A DNA stretch of 63,991 bases, filler included, from Jimgerdemannia flammicorona (GCA_003990765.1; 3 parts of 3 records of this genome joined end to end with filler, not necessarily neighbours in it), one strand, 5' to 3'; shown: positions 37,538-51,400, counted from the first letter of the whole stretch. A program made the numbers and translations. The notes: generated from the letters alone by a model not told the origin.

Positions 37538-39440
37538 ATGGATGGCAATGATTGAACTGGTGAGTGTACTGGACAGGGGGGAGACGGCACCTTCGGCTGG
37601 CAGCAGGTGGGGAGGAGGGGAGATGGTTTGGGAATGCCGGAGGCCTCGATGGCTAGCCAAGGCCCTGGTGGTAGAGGGAGGTGCAGGCTGAGGCAGAGAG
37701 GAGGGGAGAGGTCAACCTCCGCTGATAAGGTCAGAATGAGAAAGATGGCCTCAGGCCTTGATGGTTGGCTGGGCCTAGAGATGGCATCGATGGCTGCTGC
37801 TGGGGGGCAGAGAGGTGTACCCAGGGGAGTCTCTGGTGGCAGGGGAGGAGCAGGAGTAGGGGCTGGAGATGTGACTGTTGATGGGGCTGTGACTGGGGAT
37901 CTGACAAAAAATCCAGATGTGATGGCAGTTGGCAATTCAGGACTGGGAGTGGGCACGAGGCCCGGGGACCTGGCAGATGGGGTGATGGGCATGGTGTCGG
38001 CCCCATTACTCAAGAAGATGAGGTCAGAATTCATGGTCACAATGTGCTTCTGGGGTTTGGTGGTGACAGTGAGGATGATTTTGGGGCTGGTGGCACAGGA
38101 GGCTAAGGGAGCAGCATTGGTGAAGTTTTTGAGGGGAAAGGAAGAGGTTGAGGTGGGGTTTGAGGAGGAAGACACCTTGTTGGCAGCCATAGAGAAGGGG
38201 GTGATGGTTGGTGGGGTTGTGGTCCCTATGGCCCAGTGCATGTACTGGAACCCCCAAGTGGTACAGTTGACAGTGTTGGACCTCCCTACCATGTCAAAGG
38301 AAAGGACCAGGGAGTTGGTGGTTGAGGTGATCAAGGAGTATGGCAAGATTGTAAATGTTGGGTTCAAGGTCTGGGAGGGCATGGAGCTTAGAACTGGCGA
38401 TGTTGATGTCAGGGTGAGGCTGGCTGGGAAGGGGAATACAGGGAAGTTGAGGGACTGGCCAGCAATGCTAAGGTGGGGACCAGTGGAGTGTAAGGTCACA
38501 AGGGTGAAGGGGACTTAGGAGGAGGAGGAGGACTTGTTGGAGGCTCTGGAGGACCTAGAAGGGGCAGTTGTGAGGAGGAGATTGGCCTGGAAGGAGTTTG
38601 AGGCCAGAATGGTGGTAGGGGAGGTGGATGGGAAGAGGGTCCAGATAGAGAAGGGGGCCTGGGAAAAGTTGCAGGGGAGGAGGATCCAGAAGGAGCTGTT
38701 GGTGAAGTTGAGTGGGAGTAGGGCTGGTGGGAGCTCAGGGGAGGGAGTTACAGGGTTGCAGGAGAGTGCCTGGGCTGAGGGGGGAGAGATGGCCCAGGGT
38801 GGGGCTTAGGTTGGAGTGGAGGAGGGGAGGGAGGGCAATTTGGAGACAGTTGCCGAAATGGGTGAGGGTGTGCACTCTCAGTATAGTATTCCAAATGGGG
38901 CTGAGGGGGAGGAGGAGCTGATGGATGTGCCAGATGAGGAGTGGGATGAGTCAGTGAGGAGGAGCATGCTGGTGGACCCTGAGGTGGATGGGGGACAAAT
39001 TTCTCAGGGGGCGGCAGAGGCAGTGGATGAGGAGAAGTGGATGTGGAAGACTCTGGAAGGGATGGCGGCTGAAGAGCTGGGGGGTGAGGACTTCAGGGTG
39101 ATGGAGGAGAGGCATTGGGAGAAGATCCTACAGGGGGAGGAGGTGCTGAGGAAGATGAGGAATGAGATCCTGGCTGTCCTCCTGGAGTCAGTTGAATATC
39201 AAGTCGATGATCAGCATGAGGAGGAACTTAGGAGGATTGCAAGTAACAGGGCACTTTTCTTGTGGAAATCGAGGAAGGGACTAGAGAAGTGACATGCAGT
39301 CTGCTTGGACTACTGGGCAGATATGGAGGAAGTAGACAGAGTGGAATGTCAGGAAATCTTGGGGGCACTGGAAGCTCAGGATAATGCGGAGGGCTGAGTG
39401 GTGCTTGGATCTGGCGGAGAATGAGATGAGCATGGAATTA
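37538..39440 (+). pseudogene. LINE ORF1 (RRM-like nucleic-acid-binding region plus acidic C-terminal domain), disrupted
   Basis: ORF pieces 37607-38518, 38534-38809 and 38816-39292; VQLTVLDLP..EYGKIV..GF..WEG..RTGDVDVRVRL resembles the L1/Tx1 ORF1 RRM region. Confidence 0.75.
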
Positions 39441-39474
39441 TAGGTTGGGGTCTCTATTATACCATTTCTTCAAT

Positions 39475-42400
39475 ATGAATAGTACAACTAGGATATTCTC
39501 ATAGAATGTTAATGGGTTACGGGGGGCAGCTAGGAGGAAGTATATATTTGGTTGGCTTAAGGGACTGGATGTGGACCTCTTCCTGTTGCAGGATATTCGT
39601 TATGAGGCAGATGTGAACTTATAGGATTAGAGGGGGCACAGTAGTTTGGAGGGGGAAAGTATGTATTCTTGTTCAGAAAGGGATGAGGAACATTGGGGAC
39701 ATTGGACATTGAGGGTCTTGGGTGGTGTGGGGAGTGTAGAGGAGGCCTGGATGGGGCTCGCTGATGGTTGGTTCCTGTTACTGCCCAGCTGAGCAAGGAG
39801 AGAGGGTGGAATGGATTTGCAGCTTGAAGGAGGCTAGTTTATTGGGAGAAGTTGGGTTTGACTGTATGGGGGGTGACTTCAACATGGTATGGGATAAGGA
39901 GTTGGACAGAACTGATGGAGGGAGAGGTGTGTGGGGTAAAAGTGGTGGATTGGGTGACTGGTTGGAGACAGAGAGGTTGTGTTCTCTAGTGGACTCAGGA
40001 AGACATTTTTGGGCTGATCGGTGGGTGTACACCCACTGGGTGGCAGGACTGGGCTCCAGGATTGACTGGGTTCTAATAGCAGAGTATTGGGGAGCAGATG
40101 TCTGGTTGGTGCTGGAAGTCGTATAGTGTCCGTGGTCTGATCACTGGGGGCTGCTTGGAGGGGGGAGGTTTGGGGGAAATAAGGTTGGGCCTGGACATTG
40201 GTGGCTAAATTCTTCCTTGTTGGAGGATAGGGTGTTGTGGGAGGGATGGGAAGCGGAGGTGGTTGGAAATATCAGCAGGTGGCAGGAACAAGGTCTGGAG
40301 ATTGGAGACCACTGGAGAAGGCTGAAGGCGAAGGCTCAGGGATATTGGAGGGAAGCAGGGAAAGGAAAGTATGCCCAGCAAAGGCAGGCCTCACGGCGTC
40401 TAGCAGCATTAATGGAGAGATGAGCAGGGGTGCTGGAGGAGGGGGCTGTGACTGATTGGCATATTGTGAGAATCCGGCAGGAGGTGGGGGAGCTCAAAGG
40501 GGTGTTATGAAGAGAGGAGGAGGAGCAGTTGCAGGGAATGGTGGCCTGCCTGCAGTGGCAGGGGCTTGAGGAGGTGGAGATGCCTACCAGGTTCATGTCA
40601 TGGTTGTTACAAGTGTGACAAATGAGGCAGAGGTGGGAGGGAGTTCTGGACAAGAATGGCGAGCTGGTGGTGGAGACTCTGGCAATTCTGGGCCTATTGT
40701 GAACCCAGTGGGGGAATCTTTGGAGTGAGGAGAAAGGGGGATTGGATGCTCTGGACATTGAAAGGCAGCTGGGGGATTGGCACCCAGACCCTGCGATGGG
40801 ACTTGGGGTGTTGGGGGACCTGGTGAGTGGTGAGGAAATTTGCAGGGTTATGGCCTTAACGAGTAAGGGGACAGCCTCAGGAGAGGATGGACTTCTCTGG
40901 AATTTTTGGCAGAAGATGACTGGGGTAGGTGAGGTACTAGAGGAAATGACTGCTATGTGCAATAGCGTTCTTCGGTCTGGTGCCTGGATTGGGGGACAGC
41001 ACATAGGGCTAGTCTCCTTGCTCTATAAGAACAAGGGGAGGTGAGAGAATTGGAAGAACTGGCCGCCAATTATGCTTCTCGACATAGACTGCAAACTGGT
41101 GATGAAAATCTTAGTGATGAGGTTGCAAGGTATCGCTCAGCAGGTACTTGGTGGAGAGCAACATGGGTTTGTTGGTGGTCGGTTGATTCGAGATGGGACA
41201 GCCTGGGTTCATGGAGTGATTGAAGGTACCTGGGCAACAGGGGTGGATGGCAGACTGGTGTTTCTGGACCAAGAGAAGGCTTATGATAGAGTGTGGAGAA
41301 TATGGCTAGAGAAAGTGCTGAAGCAGATTGGTATCCCCCCAGGGTTTCAAGAATCATTAATCAGCCTCTTGGAGGACAGTAAGGTGGTATTGGTCATCAA
41401 TGGCCACAGGGGGGTGACCTTTCCCCTGGGATGTGGGGTTCCACAAGGGGACCCCTTGTCACCCATATTGTATGCCCTTTCCCTGGAGCCACTACTGGAT
41501 AGGATTCGGCATAAGATTGGTGGTTTGGACATTTTAGGGATAAACTGGAAGGTGGGGGCCTTTGCTGATGATATGGTGGTCGGGCTGGGCTCCTTGGGGG
41601 ATGTGAGAGAGTTACAGAGGACTGTGGAATGGTATGAGCAGGGTTCTGGTGCTAAACTAAACTGGCACAAATGTGAGATGCTGGTGCTGGGCACCGGAAT
41701 TGTTGGTGGCAATGTTATTGGGATGGTAGTAGTGGCTGGTGAACCAGTGTGCTACTTGGGGATCTACTTCTCAGTGTTTGGATCTCTTCTTCCCCGGGCA
41801 TGGTGGGACTGTAAACTTCTGGAGTGGGGTAATGTTTTGCTGTGGTGGGGAGGCTGGCCTATGTCCCTTGCCAGAAGGGTGATGGTGTTGAATGTGTACT
41901 GGATGCCAAAGCTGTGGTATATTGGATATCATTTGGATTTCCCATCCTGGGTGATCAAGGGGTTGTTGAAGATGGCGAGGTCATGGATCTGGGGAGGGCA
42001 GCAAAGCCAGGTTGGTTGGGAGGTGCTCACACTGCCCTTGGAAAGAGGTGGGCTGGGCCTAGTGGACTTTACTAAGCAGCTTCTACATATGTCTGAGAGC
42101 CTGGTGGCTGCGAAGGGCGAGCGAGCTCAGGGGTCAGGAGTGGGTACCACTCATGCAGAGGTTGTGGGAGGTTCAGTACTCCCCTCATAGTGGCTCCAGT
42201 GACCTGCTTGCAATGGTGGCCATGGAAGGGAGCAGGAGGATGCGGTTTACAGTCTTTTGGTGGGGGGTGGTGGATGGTGCTAAGAAAATTGGACTTCAGT
42301 GGCACGGTGATGAGGCCAAGGAGGTTTGGGGACTACAGATGTAGAGGTGGGACAGGCTTCTAATGGGTGGTGTTCTGGTGGAGGACTTTCAGCTTGGCGA

Positions 42401-42898
42401 GGGTCTGGATACTTGGTGGATGGTGGGGTATTCGAGTGTGAGGATTGTTTCAATGTTGGTCAGGAGGGAGGAGTTGTACAAACACCTGAACATTGGCTTG
42501 GTGAATGTGAGGTTTTGGGGGAGTTTTGGGGATGTATTATGGACAGGGTGGGGCTGGTTGCTGTGGAGGGAGAGGGAGGAGGGAGATGGGGAGAGCTTTG
42601 CCGGCGGCTGGTGGGGGGTTGGGGATGAATGGCTGACCCTTGGTTGGGCTTTGGCTATGTGGGTTGGGTTGGCTGGGCATTGGGTTCATGTCTTTGAGGA
42701 AGGGCATTGGGTCGGGGTTGGTGATAAGATAGCCCAGTGGGAATGGTTGCTGTTGGACATTTTGAACAGCTGGTGGCGGGGTTGGGGAATGGGTGGGGGG
42801 TACCACAGGAGTCTGGTGCAGTGTATCTCTCAGAAGAGTGATGGGAGGGTTCGGGTAGTGGGTAATTGGGTGGTGCTTGGGCAGGGGGAGGTTGAGGG
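39475..42898 (+). pseudogene. LINE ORF2: apurinic-like endonuclease, reverse transcriptase and C-terminal CCHC finger, disrupted
   Basis: NVNGL, YCP, GGDFN, RIDW, SDH; NWPPIMLLD, QHGFVGGR, LDQEKAYDRV, GVPQGDPLSP, FADD; ECEDC..EHWLGEC. Confidence 0.93.
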
Positions 42899-42998
42899 NN
42901 NNNNNNNNNNNNNNNNNNNNNNNNNNNNNNNNNNNNNNNNNNTTAATTAATTAANNNNNNNNNNNNNNNNNNNNNNNNNNNNNNNNNNNNNNNNNNNN
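42899..42998. other. Artificial contig linker (44N-TTAATTAATTAA-44N)
   Basis: Same structure as 21400-21499. Confidence 0.97.
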
Positions 42999-45900
42999 CC
43001 CCCACCAGTCTGTCACTCAAGTCCTCCCACCACCCCCGCATACCAGAACCCCTGCCCCTCACCCCCAAAAGGTTCCCTACAGATTGCCAAAAGTCACTAA
43101 GTACCCGCACTCCCCTAACCAATGTTCCGGCATCTGTACGTAACCCCCTTCCTGACCCACATTATAGCACTCCTCGCAGTCAAAGATTCCCCCCTCGACA
43201 AGGTGACCCGAGCGGTAATTGAGCATGACATTCCTCCTCAACATGTGCCACCAAGACACCCAATACTTTGGCAGCATCCATCTTTTCACCTCAGCACACC
43301 ATGCTCAGATACTCCACCAGTCCCACTCCTTACCAATTCCGACACCTTGCCAACCACTGGGCCACAGATCCTGGCCTGGTCCCCTCTGGCAGTCTATTCC
43401 ATCACTAATGTCAAACTCAAGCAATTGGACCCCGCCCAGTAGCACCCGGTCCCATCTCCACATCTCCGGGTCCCAATCCGCCTCCCCTTCATTTCCCTGC
43501 CAACGGATCCCAATGCGGTGTGCTCCCTCTGCTATCCCCCACCAGAAGCCTTTAAATCACAATTGAGCAGTGTTCTGAAGTCCAACCAAAGACAGGAGAT
43601 CACCAGTTGAACCCCAAGGCGCAGACCGCCTCTCTCAAACCTTCTGCAATAGGGGAACCCAACCACCCCCTCTCAATTTGATGGCTCTCTTCAACCACCA
43701 AGCCCTTAAGCAGTGTAGTCTCTTTGGGAAGTCAACCAGGCCCAGTCTGCCGCTCGCCACTGGTAGGGACAAGACCTCCCAGCCTATCTGACTCCTCCTT
43801 CCAGCCCAGATCCATCTCTTGGCAAGCTTCAACAGCCTCCTTACCACCCAGAGTGGAAAATCCAGATGGTATGCCAGATACCACAACTTCAGCAGCCAGT
43901 AAATGTTCAAAATCGTAACACGCCCTGCCAGGGACAGGTGATGGCCCCCCCAGCTCTGCAGGGCCTCTCTCCAGATGCCAATCTGCTGCTCCCACCAAAG
44001 CCTGGGTAGTACTGACCCATACACCGAAAGATAGATCCCCAAGTACCACACTGCCTCACCAGCAGGGACAACCATTCCAATAATCTCCCCACCCACCAGA
44101 CCATTGCCAAGCACCATTGTTTCGCACTTATGCCAATTTAGTCGCACCCCAGAATTCTTCTCGTACCACTCCATTGTCTCCTTAAGCTCCTCAACATCTG
44201 CAATTGATCCCAATCCGACCACCATGTCATCTGCAAAGGCCCCCACCTTCCACTCAATGCCAAAAATGGAGAGCCCCACAATCCTCCACCTGATTCTATC
44301 CAATAGCAGTTCCAGAGAGAGAGCATACAGAATGGGGGACAACGGGTCCCCCTGGGGTACCCCCCTGCCCAGGGGAAAGGCTACCCCTCGATGTCCATTA
44401 CATATGAGTGCTGCCCGACTCCCTTCCAGTAGGCTGACCATTGCTGACCGAACTGGTGTGGAACCCCAGTCCTATCCAAAACTTTTGCCAGCCAACCTCA
44501 CCTCACCCAGTCGTAAGCCTTCTCCTGATCCAAGAAGACCAGACACCCATCCAATCCACAAGCCCATGCCCCTTCAATAACACCATGTACCCAGGCTGTG
44601 CCATCTCTAATGAGCCGTCCCCCTACAAAGCCCCTCTGCTCAATGCCCAAGATTTGCTGCGCCACTTTTTGTAGTCTCGCAACCACCACCTTAGTAACCA
44701 ACTTCCTGTCCATATCCAGGAGCATTATTGGCCTCCAATTCTTCCAGTCCTCTTGCCCTCCTTTGTTCTTGTAGAGCAATGTCACCAGCCCCAGATCCTG
44801 CTCCCTCACCCATCTCCCTGTCCGTAGAATAAGATCACACAGTGCCATTATCTCCCCCAGTACTCCTGGAATCCCGACCATCTTTTTCCAAAAATCTCAG
44901 GGCAGACCATCTTCGCCAGGCGCTGTACCTGAGGTTGTCGTGGCAAGAACCTGGTGGATCTCCTCCTCTTGGACTGGCAACACCAAGTCATCCATCCCAT
45001 CTACCTGTGGGGGTTGCTATTCCTCTAATGCATGGCCGATCACATCTGCATCTACCCCACCCTCCTCCTCACTCCACAATCCACTCCCGTGCTCCTTCAG
45101 AGATCCCAGAATATCTTGAATTCCATGGACCTGGACCCCATCCGAATTGAGGACCTCCTCCCACCTTTGTTGCACTCTCCTTACCCGCAGAGCCCTTGTG
45201 AGGAACTTAGAGGGCCTCTCTCCTTCCTCCAAACCCTGCCACCATAACCTAGCTGCCAAGCCCTTCACCCTCGCCTCTTCCTCCTCTCACAGCACCTGTT
45301 GTAGTTCAACAACCTCCTTTTTCACTCATATGGACCTCCAATTCTCCTCTCCCTCCAACGTCACCAGTCTCGCCCAGTCACCTAAGAGCCTAGATAGTCT
45401 ACTAGAAGCCCATTTCACTTTCTGCCTCCTCTGTTGCCCAGCCAGCTTGCCAGCCTCACTCCAGTATGTTTTGGCCAATGCCTTCAAACACATCCACCGA
45501 ATATCAACTGAGGTACCTTCCTGCCTCCAACTCGCTACCTGTAGCTGAATGTCTGCAGCCCACCCATCCCACCAAAATTTATCATCTAACAAGGAGGAAT
45601 TGAGGCGCCAATGTCCAGGCCCATCCTCGCTTCCCCCAAACCGACCCTGTCCAATAATCCCCCAGTGATCTGACCAAGGACACCACTCTACCTCCAGTGA
45701 TCTCCATACATCCAAGCCCTAGCAGCTGGCCATCAGAATCCAATCAATCCTTGTCCCCAAACTTCCTGCCCAATGCGTATATATCCTCCTTTCCCCCCAG
45801 CACTTCCTACCTGCATCCACCAGAGCACTCAGCCTTTCCACTTCCTCCCATGCCGCCAGTCCTCCACTCCAACCCTCAACTCCTCGTCTGCCATCTGTTC

Positions 45901-46345
45901 TGTCTAACAGTGCCTCCCGAACCATATTGAAATCTCCACCCAAAACATCCATTCCAGCCTCTGCAAGCATCCCACTCTCTTGAAGACCCTCCACCTAGTC
46001 TACACGTTCACCCCTCACAGCGGGGCAGTAACAAGATCCCACTGTAATTGGCTCCCATCCAGTACATATCCACTCGCCCCAGACCAGTCTATTACCCCAG
46101 CTCTGCACATTCCTAATCTCCCCTTTGCCTTTCCATATCAGAATCCCAACCTTTCCCATCCAAACTGCCTCACCGCCCCATTCCTTCATCCATTCCAGTT
46201 TATCCAAGACCTTGTCACATCTGACATCCTGCAAGAGGAAGAGATCGGCCTTCAATCCCTTCAGCCAAGTAGAAATGTTCTTATGCCGATAAGCGCCTCG
46301 CAGCCCATTCACATTCAAAGAAAAAATATTGGTTGTACTATTCAT
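42999..46345 (-). pseudogene. LINE ORF2 (APE endonuclease-RT-CCHC), disrupted
   Basis: ORF pieces 45995-46345, 45719-45994, 45326-45715, 44498-44881, 43635-44441 and 43077-43289 carry all EN and RT motifs. Confidence 0.93.
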
Positions 46346-46376
46346 AAGGGATATTATATAGTTTCAGCCAAGTCCT

Positions 46377-48410
46377 CTACTGCTCCATGGCCCCTTCCTC
46401 CTGTGCCCTGTCCAGGTCATGCTCAGCAATAACTTCAGCTTCCTCGGCTCTCTTGGCCTCCAATTTAGCCAGAATCTCAGCCATCTCCACATCCTCCTTC
46501 TCCTCAAACTCCTCACAGTACTCCACGCAAGCCTCCTGCCAGAGCTGCAGCCCATGCCTCTTATTCCAACAGTGGGCAGCCCACTCACCCGCCACCACAG
46601 CCAGAGCAGCTTCCCTCTCCTTATCGACCTCATACCCCTCCTCCTCCAAGTACACTGCCAGAATTTCTGCCTTCAACGCTGCCTCCACTCCATTGCCCTG
46701 CAGGATCCCTGCCCAATGCTCATTGCTCATCACCCAGAGGTCGACTTCCCCCAGCTCTTCCACCACCAAGTTGTTCATCATCCGGCAAATCCAGAGCAGG
46801 TTCCCCACCTCCTTCCCTCCTGGGGTTGCTGGTCTCCCTCCATCCAACATTGTAGTATCAGCCCCGACACTCACCGACTCATTACATCCCTCCTCTGGGA
46901 CATCTACCAATTCCTCTTCCCCAGTCATCTCTACCAATCTCCCCTTCTCTACATTTGGTACTCCAAAGCGCACTTGTTGAGCACCGTGCATCGGCACATC
47001 TTCCCCCACCCTACCTCTCGCTGCTGGACCCCTTCTGATAAGGGGAGAGGGTGAAGGTGAATCCGCCCAGGTTTCCTCCCAAACCTCCAATGTGCCATCT
47101 GCATAAGGATCCTTGCTTGGCACCTTCTCGGCCTCCACCTGCCCTCCCTCCTCACTCCTCCCACTATCTGCAGCCCAGACACTCTCCGCAGCCCCTCCAG
47201 TGGTCGCATCATCACTTGTCTTCCTTGTCACCTCTGCTCCCATTTTCGCCAACAATTCCTTCTGCCTCCTGCGCCCTTGACACCTCTCCCACACCTCCTT
47301 GTTGATGCGGACTCGCTTTCCCCCAACCACCTCAAGATGCGTCGCTGCCTCGAATGCCTCCCATGCCTTCACCCTCCTCTCTACTGCTCCACTCAACTCC
47401 TCCAGTGCTTTCAGCAAATCCTCCTCCTCCTCCTCACTCCCCTTCACTCTCATCACCTTGCACAAGAAAGCTCCCCACACCATCACTGAGGGCCAGTCCC
47501 GAGCCTTCCCAGTAGCCTCCTGCCCAGCCAACCTAATCCTGACGTCCACATCCCCTGTCCGGAGGGAGGTTCCTTCCCACACTCTGAACCCAATATCAAC
47601 TACCTCGCCATACTCTGCCATGATCTCCTCAACTCTCTTCCTCATCTCTACAGTAGTAACTGTGGGTACTCCTTTCACCAGAAGTTGCACCACTCTTGGG
47701 TCCTACTGCAGACATCGCACCATCGGTATGCACACCTTGCCCACTGTCATCCCTGTCTTCAAAGCCTCCTCCAGTGGCTCCGCCTCCTCAAATCCCACCT
47801 CTACCCCTTCCAGGCCCTTCAGGAACTTAACAGATACCGCACTGCTCATTTGCTTCATGATCAGCCGCAGAACCATTTTCGCCATCACCGCCAAGCCCCA
47901 GAAACACATTGTGACTGCAAATTCTGAGATTGACTTTTTGAGTAACAGAGCCATGGCCAGCCCTGTCACACCATCTGCCGGGTCCCCGGTCCTCGCGCCC
48001 TTCCCACTGCTTGGCTCACCATCAGCAGTCCCATCTAGATTTTTTTCCAGATCACCTGTTACACCCCCATCAGCAGTCCCCGCCCCAGCTGCTACCCCCC
48101 CAGCTCCACCCCTAAGGCCCTCCAGAGAGGCACCCCCACGAGGTTGCTGTCCTGTAGCCCTCACCAGTACCTTCCCTCCCCTCAGCCAGCTCTTCAGACC
48201 AGCCCCCTGCTGACCCCCCTTCACCTTCTCTGCGAAGCTCACCTTGCCAGATCCTTGACCTCCTGTTCCACCCCCTCCACCACTGTGTCCTCCTGCCAGC
48301 AGACCCCTCATACTGCCCCCCAGACCAGGGCCTCTCCCTACTTGCTGCCAATCGAACGCTCCAGGGCCACCCTACCTAGTACACACCTCAGAGTGCATGT
48401 TGGTTGCCAT
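46377..48410 (-). pseudogene. LINE ORF1, nearly intact
   Basis: ORF pieces 47703-48311 and 46377-47693; ends ~31 nt before the ORF2 ATG. Confidence 0.85.
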
Positions 48411-48493
48411 GATACTAGTAGCTTGTCTCCAGAAACTGTATCAAAAGTATTGCCAAAAGGTTGTGTAACCTGAATGTTACCGGAGAAAGATGC

Positions 48494-51400
48494 TATTCTC
48501 TATTTCTACCCAAAATTCCCCCAAAACCTCACACTCTCCCAACAAATGTTCTGGTGTCTGCACATGACCCCCAGCTTGCCCAACATCATAACACTCCTCA
48601 TAATCAAAATGGCCACTGTCTACCAGATGCCCAGTGCAGAAATTCAACATAACATTCCTCTACAGCATTCTCCACCATACTACCCAGAACTTGGGAGGAA
48701 GCCACCTCTGCACCTCAGCACTCCAAGACCAGATACCTGCCCAGTCCCACTCCTCACCAATCCCTGCTGCCTGCCAGCCACTTGGCCAAAGATCCTGGCC
48801 AAGACTCTGCTGACACTCCACTCTATCTCCAATATTAAACATAGCAAGTAGAGCACCCCCCAGGAGCAGTCTATCCTATCACTACATACTAGGCCCCCAC
48901 ATTACCTCTCCCTTATTGCCTTGCCAGTGCAGGCCAATTCGGTGTGCTCCATCTACCACTTCCCACCAAAAGTCCTTAAACTGCAGCTGCCAAATTCTAT
49001 TCAACTCTACCAAAGAGAGCAGATCTCCTGAGGACCCTTGAGGAGAGGTTCTCATCTCCCACACCCTCTGCAGCAGAGGCACCCAACTCCCACCCTGCAG
49101 TTCAGCAGCTCTCTTCAACCACCATGCTCACAAGCAGTGCAACCTCTTAGGGAAATCCACAAGGCCAAGACCTTCCCTGACCACCAGTGTTGCAAGAGTA
49201 TCCCAACTGATCTGGGATCTCCTCCCTGCTCAAATCCAATCTCTAGCCACCTTTGTCAGCCTCTTCACCACCCAAGCTGGGAAGTCTAGGTAATAGGCCA
49301 TATACCACAGCTTGGAGAACCAGTATACATTCAGAATTGATACCTGCTCTGCCAGAGAGATATGGCGGCCTCCCCAACCTCGAAGGGCCTCCCCCCAAAT
49401 GGTCACCCTACTCTCCCACCACACTTGTGGCAAGACAGAACCATATACAGAGAGGAAGATACCCAGATACTGCACCACCTCACCAGTAGGGACAATTGTC
49501 CCAATGATATCCCCACCCACTAGCCCATTCCTAAGCACCATTGTCTCACACTTATACCAGTTGAGCTTTGCCTCAGAGTTAGCCTCATACTATTCTACTG
49601 CCCCCCTAAGTGTCTCGACATCTGCCACAGACCCAAGTCCAACCACCATGTCATCAGCAAAGGCCTCCACCTTCCACACTATACCATATATAGAGAGCTC
49701 TGCCATCTTCTAGCAAATTCTATCCATCAATGGCTCCAATGAAAGGGCATAGAGAATAGGGGACAGAGGGTCCCCCTGAGGCACTCCTCTCCCCAAGAAA
49801 AACACCAGACTATAGTGACCATTACATATCAGCGCTGCCTGACTGCTAGCTAGCAGATTCAACATAGAAGCCTGAAATCTCGGGGGAATACCAATTTGAT
49901 CCAAAACCTTGCCCAGCCAAACCTGCCATATATGGTCATAGGCCTTCTCCTAGTCCAAAAAGACCAACCTTCTATCCAGTCCACAAGCCCAAGCCCCTTC
50001 AATGACACCATACACCCATACAGTCCCATCTCTTATAAGTCTGCCCCCAATAAAGCCCCACTGCTCCTCCCCCAGCACCTGTTGGGCAACTTTCTGCAGC
50101 CTTGCAATAATCACCTTAGTTACCATCTTCCTGTCTATATCCAGAAGCATGATCAGTCTCCAGTTCTTCCAGTCTTCCCTTCTCCCCTTGTCTTTGTACA
50201 ATAAGGCCACTAGCCCAAGGTCCTGCTCTCCAACCCACTTGCCACTCTGAAGAATGTAGTCACAGAGAGCAGCCATCTCACCCAAAACTCCAGGGACTAT
50301 CACCATCTTCTTCCAGAAGTCCCATGGTAATCCATCCTCCCTGACGCTGTTCCAAGTTTAGTTGCTGCAAGGATACTCTGGATCTCCTCTCCTTGCACCA
50401 GTAAGATCAAGTCACCCAGTCCATCTACTTGCGGTGACCTCTACTTCTCTAGTATGTCTGCAATCGCTGTCACATCAGCACCCCCTTCTCCCTCACTCTA
50501 CAAACCCTGCCATCTCACCCTCAGAACCCCTAAGATTTGTTATGTTTCATACACTATGACCCCATCAGTATATAGGACCCCATTCCACTGATGTTGCACT
50601 CTCCTAGCTTTGAGGAGTCTTGATAAGTACCTAGTAGGCCGCTCACCCTCCTCAAGTCCCTGCCACCAAAGCCTAGCAGCCATACCTTATATATGAGTCT
50701 CCTCCTCCTCTCTCAACACCTGTTGCAGTTCCACTATCTCCAATTTTGCCTGCTCTATCCTCCAATCCTCCACCCCATCCAAAGTAAGCAATTCTGCCCA
50801 ATCCAATTGCAATCTCCTCAGCCTACTGGAAGTACACCTTGTGTGCTTCCTTCTCTGTCTCCCTGCTTCTCTACCAGCTTCTCCCCAATAGACCCTCATA
50901 GCCTCTTTCAATCTCATCCAATGGACCCCCACAAACAAACCCTCATGCCTCCAGGTACAGACCTTCACCTGAATGTCCTCCGCCTAAGAGTCCCACAACC
51001 CCTTCTCAGCCAGCAGGGAGGAGTTAAGGTGCTAATGTCCAGGTCCATCTCCACTCCCCCCAAACTGCCCCTGCCCCAAAAGTCCCCAGTGATCAGACCA
51101 CAGACACCACTCTACCTCCAATGTCTTCTAAACATTGAAACCCCAACAGTCGGCCATCAGAATCCAGTCAATCCTAGTACCCAGGCCATTCACCCAATGT
51201 GTGTAGACCCTAGTATTACCCCACTGTATTCTGCCTATATCTCCTAAGGAGCTCAAGTTCTCCACCTCCTCCCAAGCATCCAGACCTCCACTTCTCCCCC
51301 CTGCATTCCTCCCTCCATCAGTTCTGTCTAGATGCTGATCCTGAACCATATTGAAGTCTGTACTAAGAACATCAAACCCTTCCTCCAAGAGAATACCCTC

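Larger units (their letters stand above)
37455..42898 (+). mobile_element. L1/Tx1-like LINE copy G (divergent subfamily, less decayed; runs to contig end)
   Basis: 5' motif GCACCTTTCACCAGTAACATTCG; ORF1 from 37538; ORF2 from 39475. Confidence 0.92.
42999..48493 (-). mobile_element. L1/Tx1-like LINE copy H (least decayed; 3' end beyond contig start), nested in copy I
   Basis: 5' motif GCATCTTTCTCCGGTAACATTCAGG at 48493; ORF1 48410-46377; ORF2 from 46345. Confidence 0.93.
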
